64,000 nt of DNA from Rhodospirillaceae bacterium (GTDB lineage Bacteria; Pseudomonadota; Alphaproteobacteria; UBA6615): NCBI GenBank assembly GCA_018702955.1, contig JABJEK010000097.1:7631-71630 (forward strand), read 5' to 3'. Numbering within the stretch: the first letter of the stretch is position 1; every line of letters begins with the position of its first letter. A program made the translations under genes and the position numbers. The notes below the pieces were generated by a model, which was not told the DNA's origin, searched no databases, and saw only the letters and a list, made by a program, of their open reading frames with translations. Positions 58,953 to 64,000 of this stretch are shown here, piece by piece.

Positions 58953-59657
58953 TCAGTCGAGATGTTTGTGGAAAAAGTCGATGGACAGGGCGAGCGCCCT
59001 GGTCGCCTCGGGTTCGCTGTAGGTCGTGCCGCCGTGGCGCGCGAACGCGTGATCGGCGCCGGGATATTTGTGGATCTCGACCAGCGGGTTGGGTGACAGC
59101 CGCCGTTCAATCATCGCGCAGACCTCCGGCTGGACCCATTTGTCGGCCAGCGCCTGATGCAGCATGAAGGGCTTCGACAGGTTCGGCGCTTCCTTGATCG
59201 AATGCTCGATATAGGTGCCGTAATAGGCGACCGCGCAGTCAATGTCGGAGCGGCAGCACATCAGGTAGCCCATCTTGCCGCCGAGGCAGTAGCCGACAGT
59301 GCCGACCTTGCCGTTGCCGCCCTCGATGCTGCGCAGATAGCTCGCGGTGTCCTCCATATCCTGGACACCCAATTCGTAATCAAAGTCGTAATAGAGATCG
59401 ATCGCCTTGGCCCAGTGGTCCCGGTTGCCGTCGGACAGCTCGACCCCCGGCTCCAGCCGCCAGAACAGATCGGGCACGAGGGTGATCCAGCCCGCTTTCG
59501 CGAACTCCTGCGCGTGCTCGCGCATGGTGTCGTTGACGCCCCAGATTTCCATGATCGCGATGATCGCACCGACCGGTGCCTTGTCCGGATAGGCGACATG
59601 GGCGCCCATCATGGCGCCGTCGCGCAGCGGCACCTGGATATCTTCGATTCGTGCCAT
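58953..59657 (-). CDS. dienelactone hydrolase family protein
   Basis: GYCLGGKMG nucleophile-Cys elbow and the C-terminal His region of the dienelactone hydrolase family. 234 aa. Confidence 0.8.
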   Translation of the reverse strand: MARIEDIQVPLRDGAMMGAHVAYPDKAPVGAIIAIMEIWGVNDTMREHAQEFAKAGWITLVPDLFWRLEPGVELSDGNRDHWAKAIDLYYDFDYELGVQDMEDTASYLRSIEGGNGKVGTVGYCLGGKMGYLMCCRSDIDCAVAYYGTYIEHSIKEAPNLSKPFMLHQALADKWVQPEVCAMIERRLSPNPLVEIHKYPGADHAFARHGGTTYSEPEATRALALSIDFFHKHLD

Positions 59658-59670
59658 TTCGGTTCTCCTT

Positions 59671-62028
59671 CTAGTCCTGAAGCGCGGCCCAGACGCGCGC
59701 CGGTGTCATCGGCAGGTCGATCGGCTCCTTCCCGGCACTTGCCAGCGCGTCGGCAACCGCCGCCATGCCCGAGGGCAACGCACCCGCGACGCCGGATTCA
59801 CCCGCGCCCTTGGCGCCGAGCGGGTTCGTCGTCGCCGGCACCGAATGGTGGCCAACATCGAGAGCCGGCAAATCATCGGCCCGCGGCATCATGTAATCCA
59901 TGAACGAGCCGGTCACGAGTTGGCCGTCCGCGTCATAGACGACACATTCCCCCAGCACCTGGCCCAATCCCTGGGCGATACCGCCATGGATTTGACCCTC
60001 GACCACCATCTCGTCGAACACGTTCCCCACATCGTCGACCGCCGCATAGCGCGCGACAGCGACCGTTCCAGTTTCGGGATCTATCTCGACCTCACAGATG
60101 TGACAGCCGTTGGGGAAGGTCATCTGGGGGGATTCGAACTTCTCCGTCGCGTCCAGGCCGCCTGTAAACTCTTCCGGCAACGCCAGCGTCGAAATCCGGT
60201 CCGCCAGTTCGATGATGCCGATTTGCCGGTCGGTCCCCTTGATCCGAAACGCACCGGCATGGAATTCGACATCGTCGACGGCCGCCTCAAGCACATGCCC
60301 CGCCAGCGCGCGACCCTTCTCGATCGCGGTGTCGCAGGACACGGCCATGGCGCTGCCCGCCATCATCATCGAGCGCGACGCGACTGACGGCGTACCCGGC
60401 GGCGCTTCGAGGCTGTCCCCCTCGATCAGCCGCACCTTCGACGGCGGGATTCCCAGCCGGTCGCCGATCAGCCGTGTGTAGGTCGACAGGTGGCTCTGCC
60501 CCATGGCCTGCACCCCAAGCCGCACGGTCGCATAGCCGTCGCCCTCGAAACGCAGGTCGGCGGTCTCCTCGAGGATTCCGCCGGCGACTTCGAGGAAGCA
60601 GGCAATCCCGATTCCGCGCAGCCTGCCGTCTTTCTCGGATGCCGCACGGCGTGACGGAAACCCGTCCCAGTCGGCCAGCGCCAGCGCCTTGTCGAGGCAG
60701 GCCTCGAACTCGCCGGAATCATAGATCGGCCCGTTCGGCGTTGTGTAGGGCATCGCCGACGGGGCGATAAGGTTACGCCGGCGAATCTCGACCCGGTCGA
60801 TGCCCATTTCGGACGCCGCCCGGTCGAGCAATTGCTCGATCGCGATGATCGCCTCGGGCCGCCCCGCGCCGCGATAGGGGCCCAGCGGCGCCGTATTTGT
60901 CAGGGTCATAGTCACGTCGATATGGATCGCCGGAATCGTGTAAACGCTGGCCAGGCAATTCTTGGTGTTGTTGGTCGCGAACACCGCAGAGAAGGTGGTC
61001 AGGTAAGCCCCCATCCCGACCCGGTTGCGGACCCGCAGCCCCTGAATCACGCCGTCCCCGTCGAGCGCCATTTCGGCCGCGATCAGGGTGTCGCGTCCCG
61101 CCGTGTCAGCGAGAAAGCTCTCCAGCCGCGTGTTGCACCATTTAACCGGCCGACCAACCTGACGCGCCGCTAACAGGATCGCAGCATATTCGGGATAGGG
61201 ATGGGCCTTCATGCCGAAGCCGCCGCCGACATCATGGGTCAGCACCCGCAACTGATCGGGTTCCACGCCGAACACCTGGGCGGCGAACATCTTCGACACC
61301 AGCCCAACCCCCTGGGTCGGCGCGGTCAGCGTGTAACGGCCGAGCGCCTCGTCCCATTCGCCGATGCCGCCGCGCGGTTCCATGGAGACCGGCGCGAGGC
61401 GTGTGTCAAGCAACTCCACCCGCGAGATATGCGCCGCCTCGTCGAACGCCGAAGCCACCGCGCTTTCGTCCCCGTCCACCCACTCGAAGGCGACGTTGCC
61501 GGGCGCGCTGTCCCAAACCTGCGCCGCCCCATCGGCAAGCGCCTCCGCCACGCCGGGAACCGCCGGCAGGCTTTCTATATCGAGGATCACCGCTTCGGCC
61601 GCGTCCGCAGCCCGGACCGGCGTGTCGGCAACGACGAGCGCCACCGCCTCGCCCGCATGGCGGACCTTCTCATACGCAAGCACCGGCTTGGGTGCCGACG
61701 CCATCGTCATGCCGTCTCTACCCGGAAAACTGATCGCCGGCGGGATATCGCCCAGGCCCGCGGCCTTCACGTCTGCACCGGTGATCACCGCCAGGACGCC
61801 GGGCATCACCAGCGCCGCCGCCACGTCGACGCCGCGCAGGACGCCATGAGCGACCGGCGACCGCACGAACGCGCCGTAGGCCTGCCCCGCCAAATTAATA
61901 TCGTCGGTGAAGCGTCCCGCCCCGGTCAGGAGCGGGAGGTCCTCGCTGCGCAGCGTGTCGCCGTCGCTGCCGTAGCGCGCGGTGATTTCGTTCACGGCTT
62001 TTGTCTCCTCGACCATCCGCCCCGGCAT
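59671..62028 (-). CDS. molybdopterin-dependent hydroxylase large subunit (CoxL/XDH family, form-II-like), paralog 2
   Basis: 785 aa. GPYRGAGRPEA active-site loop. VGGGFGMKA molybdenum-cofactor motif. About 35-40% identical by eye to the gene at 16680-19007. Confidence 0.85.
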   Translation of the reverse strand: MPGRMVEETKAVNEITARYGSDGDTLRSEDLPLLTGAGRFTDDINLAGQAYGAFVRSPVAHGVLRGVDVAAALVMPGVLAVITGADVKAAGLGDIPPAISFPGRDGMTMASAPKPVLAYEKVRHAGEAVALVVADTPVRAADAAEAVILDIESLPAVPGVAEALADGAAQVWDSAPGNVAFEWVDGDESAVASAFDEAAHISRVELLDTRLAPVSMEPRGGIGEWDEALGRYTLTAPTQGVGLVSKMFAAQVFGVEPDQLRVLTHDVGGGFGMKAHPYPEYAAILLAARQVGRPVKWCNTRLESFLADTAGRDTLIAAEMALDGDGVIQGLRVRNRVGMGAYLTTFSAVFATNNTKNCLASVYTIPAIHIDVTMTLTNTAPLGPYRGAGRPEAIIAIEQLLDRAASEMGIDRVEIRRRNLIAPSAMPYTTPNGPIYDSGEFEACLDKALALADWDGFPSRRAASEKDGRLRGIGIACFLEVAGGILEETADLRFEGDGYATVRLGVQAMGQSHLSTYTRLIGDRLGIPPSKVRLIEGDSLEAPPGTPSVASRSMMMAGSAMAVSCDTAIEKGRALAGHVLEAAVDDVEFHAGAFRIKGTDRQIGIIELADRISTLALPEEFTGGLDATEKFESPQMTFPNGCHICEVEIDPETGTVAVARYAAVDDVGNVFDEMVVEGQIHGGIAQGLGQVLGECVVYDADGQLVTGSFMDYMMPRADDLPALDVGHHSVPATTNPLGAKGAGESGVAGALPSGMAAVADALASAGKEPIDLPMTPARVWAALQD

Positions 62029-62095
62029 TCTGGCGGCCGGGGTCGAGCGAACAGTCTAGGAGAAGAGGCGGGACGCGGGAAGCGGCCTGTTCCCG

Positions 62096-62980
62096 CTAGA
62101 AGCGGTAGAACGCTTCCGAGTTCTCCACCATGATCTTGCGGCGCATGTCCTCGTCGGGTACCCACTGGCCGAAGGCCTCGACCGGATCGGCGTCGTTCGG
62201 GTTGACCTCATACTTGTTCGGATGGGGCCAGTCCGTGCCCCAGATCACGCGGTCGGCGTTCGCCTCGATGAGCGCACGGGCCATCGGCTGACAATCGTCA
62301 TACGGCGGCAGATCGGTCGCGCTGACGCGGTTGGCACCGGAGATCTTGATCCAGGTGTTGCCGTCGCGGACCAGCTTCAGCAGGGCCTGGAAGCCAGGCG
62401 CCTCGATGCCGGCGGTCGCCGGCTGATAGGCGAAATGGCCGATCGTCATAGGCGTCGTCATCTTCTCAAACACCGGCATCAGGCCGACGATGTCCTTGCC
62501 CGGGAACAGCCACTCAATGTGCCAGTCGAACGGCTTGATGCGCGCCTCCAACTCGGGGATCGCGTCGAGATCGAGCGGCATGCCGCCCTTGTTGTCGATG
62601 TTCAGGCGCACGCCGCGGATACCCTGGTCGCTCAGCTCCTGCAGCTGGGCATCGGTGAAGTCCATGGTCATGGCGCACACGCCACGAGCCCGGTTGGGGG
62701 TCTCGGCATTCAGCGTGTTCATGCCATCGAGGATGGCCGAATTGTCCGTGCCGTAGACCGACGGCTGGGTGAACACGACCCGGTCGATGCCCAGGGTCGC
62801 GTGCAGATGCTTGAGATCATCGAGCGTCGAGACCGGCGGGTTGTAGCCACGGTCGGGCGACAGCGGATAGCGGTCCTCGAACACATGCACATGGGTGTCG
62901 ATCGTGCCCTTGGGCAGGGTGATGTTCGGCTTGCGCGGGTTACGGTCGGGCGCAATGCAATCTCTGATGTCGCTGTTCAC
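62096..62980 (-). CDS. amidohydrolase-2 family protein (LigI-type lactonase-like)
   Basis: IDTHVHVF metal site near the N-terminus. WGTDWPHP C-terminal motif typical of the 2-pyrone-4,6-dicarboxylate lactonase branch. Confidence 0.7.
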   Translation of the reverse strand: MNSDIRDCIAPDRNPRKPNITLPKGTIDTHVHVFEDRYPLSPDRGYNPPVSTLDDLKHLHATLGIDRVVFTQPSVYGTDNSAILDGMNTLNAETPNRARGVCAMTMDFTDAQLQELSDQGIRGVRLNIDNKGGMPLDLDAIPELEARIKPFDWHIEWLFPGKDIVGLMPVFEKMTTPMTIGHFAYQPATAGIEAPGFQALLKLVRDGNTWIKISGANRVSATDLPPYDDCQPMARALIEANADRVIWGTDWPHPNKYEVNPNDADPVEAFGQWVPDEDMRRKIMVENSEAFYRF

Positions 62981-63055
62981 GGCGAGGCCTCTTCCTGATT
63001 TTTTTGTTCGTTCAAGTGTTTGAAGATCCCGCCGAGCGGCGGAAACGCTTCCCTA

Positions 63056-63805
63056 TCACATATTCCCGGCGGGCCGAAAGACGTCGCGCGAAGCGATTTC
63101 CAGCACCAGCTTGTTGATCACGGCGCGGGGGAAATCCGCCGGCGATTCCGTCACTACCGTAAAGGCACCCGGGCCGCCAATGACGACCTCGCGGAAGTAG
63201 CCGTCGAGGTCGTACTTCACGCCCTCGACCTCCGTCTGTTCCTGCTGCGGGTTGATGACCAGGCCGTTGATGGTGATGCCTTTGGCGAGCGCCCGGTCAC
63301 GCGCGGCCGAGACCTCTTCCTCGAGGCCGCGGGAATCGCGCCCGTCGGCCGACAGGTCGATCACATGCCGGGTGCCCTCGATGCCGTTGGCGTCGAACAG
63401 CGCCGCGGTGAAATCGAGCGCGCCGGTGATCGACGTCAGCCCGCCCTTGGGGATCGGGTTCGCGTCCACCGCCACCGCGAAGGCCGCGGCATCGGCGGCG
63501 CTGGCGATCACCGTCCAGCCGACGGTGATCCGCTGGGTCACCGACCACTCCACATAGGTCACCGCCACCCGGCCCAGCGGGCCCGACAGCATCGCGTTGA
63601 TCACGCCCGGGTCCGTCAGGGCCTGCACATATCCAACACGCTGCAGATTGACCTCGCCGCCGTCGATCGAGGCCGACACATCGACCGCGAGAACCAATTC
63701 CACATCGACGGGTATTTCCTGGGCACCTGCAGGGGCGACGGCAGGCGCAATCACCCACGCGGCGAGCGCCAGCAGGACGGCGGAGACCCTAGGCCAGGTT
63801 CGCAC
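63056..63805 (-). CDS. DUF1194 (secreted vWA-like) domain protein
   Basis: Signal peptide. LVLAVDVSASIDGGE...VAVTYVEWS...GITINGLVI matches alphaproteobacterial DUF1194 proteins. Confidence 0.65.
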   Translation of the reverse strand: MRTWPRVSAVLLALAAWVIAPAVAPAGAQEIPVDVELVLAVDVSASIDGGEVNLQRVGYVQALTDPGVINAMLSGPLGRVAVTYVEWSVTQRITVGWTVIASAADAAAFAVAVDANPIPKGGLTSITGALDFTAALFDANGIEGTRHVIDLSADGRDSRGLEEEVSAARDRALAKGITINGLVINPQQEQTEVEGVKYDLDGYFREVVIGGPGAFTVVTESPADFPRAVINKLVLEIASRDVFRPAGNM

Positions 63806-64000
63806 GATAGAACTCCAGCAGCCGGGCGATCACCGTGGCGTAGACCGCCGGATTGCGCGGCTCATAGACCTCGGCATGGTTGATGTCCGGTATGATCATC
63901 ATGTCCTTCGGCTGGCCGGCATTGGCGAACAACGCCTCGCCCTCCTCCAGCCGCACCATCGTGTCCTTCTCGCCCTGCACCAGCAGCAGCGGGCGCGGCG
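63789..64000 (-). CDS. alpha/beta hydrolase, C-terminal fragment (gene continues beyond window)
   Basis: ...LLVQGEKDTMV...IPDINHAE is a typical C-terminal His region of alpha/beta hydrolases. The ORF is open at the window edge. Confidence 0.5.
   Translation of the reverse strand, partial: PRPLLLVQGEKDTMVRLEEGEALFANAGQPKDMMIIPDINHAEVYEPRNPAVYATVIARLLEFYRANLA

Overview
High-GC (about 63-65% by eye) chromosomal segment, alphaproteobacterial in style. I call roughly 56 protein-coding genes at near-100% coding density, with many 4-nt start/stop overlaps. I see no rRNA, tRNA, CRISPR, IS element, integrase or phage genes. The six-frame track also holds many long antisense or out-of-frame ORFs, as expected for a GC-rich genome; I attribute these to the opposite strand or to upstream read-through.

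The largest recognisable block is an 11-kb, single-strand urea supercluster on the minus strand (29945 to 19014): urtABCDE, then ureDABCEFG, then a truncated hupE/ureJ remnant. It is preceded by a perfect sigma-54 -24/-12 element.

The rest is mostly catabolic enzymes:
- a feruloyl-CoA-synthetase-like ligase plus a crotonase
- a HyuA/HyuB (hydantoinase/oxoprolinase/caprolactamase family) pair plus an isochorismatase-like hydrolase
- a valine-catabolism operon (acyl-CoA dehydrogenase, 3-hydroxyisobutyryl-CoA hydrolase, mmsB)
- a Baeyer-Villiger monooxygenase translationally coupled to a ketopantoate-reductase-family reductase
- two fumarylacetoacetate hydrolase (FAH)-family genes, one of them secreted
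- two orphan form-II-type molybdenum hydroxylase large subunits (CoxL/xanthine-dehydrogenase family), one embedded in a three-hydrolase operon
- a lactonase / vicinal oxygen chelate (VOC) / CoA-transferase / amidohydrolase cluster

The most unusual single genes are a bacterial iodothyronine-deiodinase-like thioredoxin-fold protein with Cys at the selenocysteine position, and a secreted, cysteine-rich beta-lactamase-fold serine hydrolase that looks AT-shifted.

I recognise no canonical transcription-factor gene anywhere in the 64 kb. I find no discrete novel 'system' such as a defence island; the interest is in individual genes and operon architectures. All assignments rest on by-eye motif and family recognition, not on database searches.
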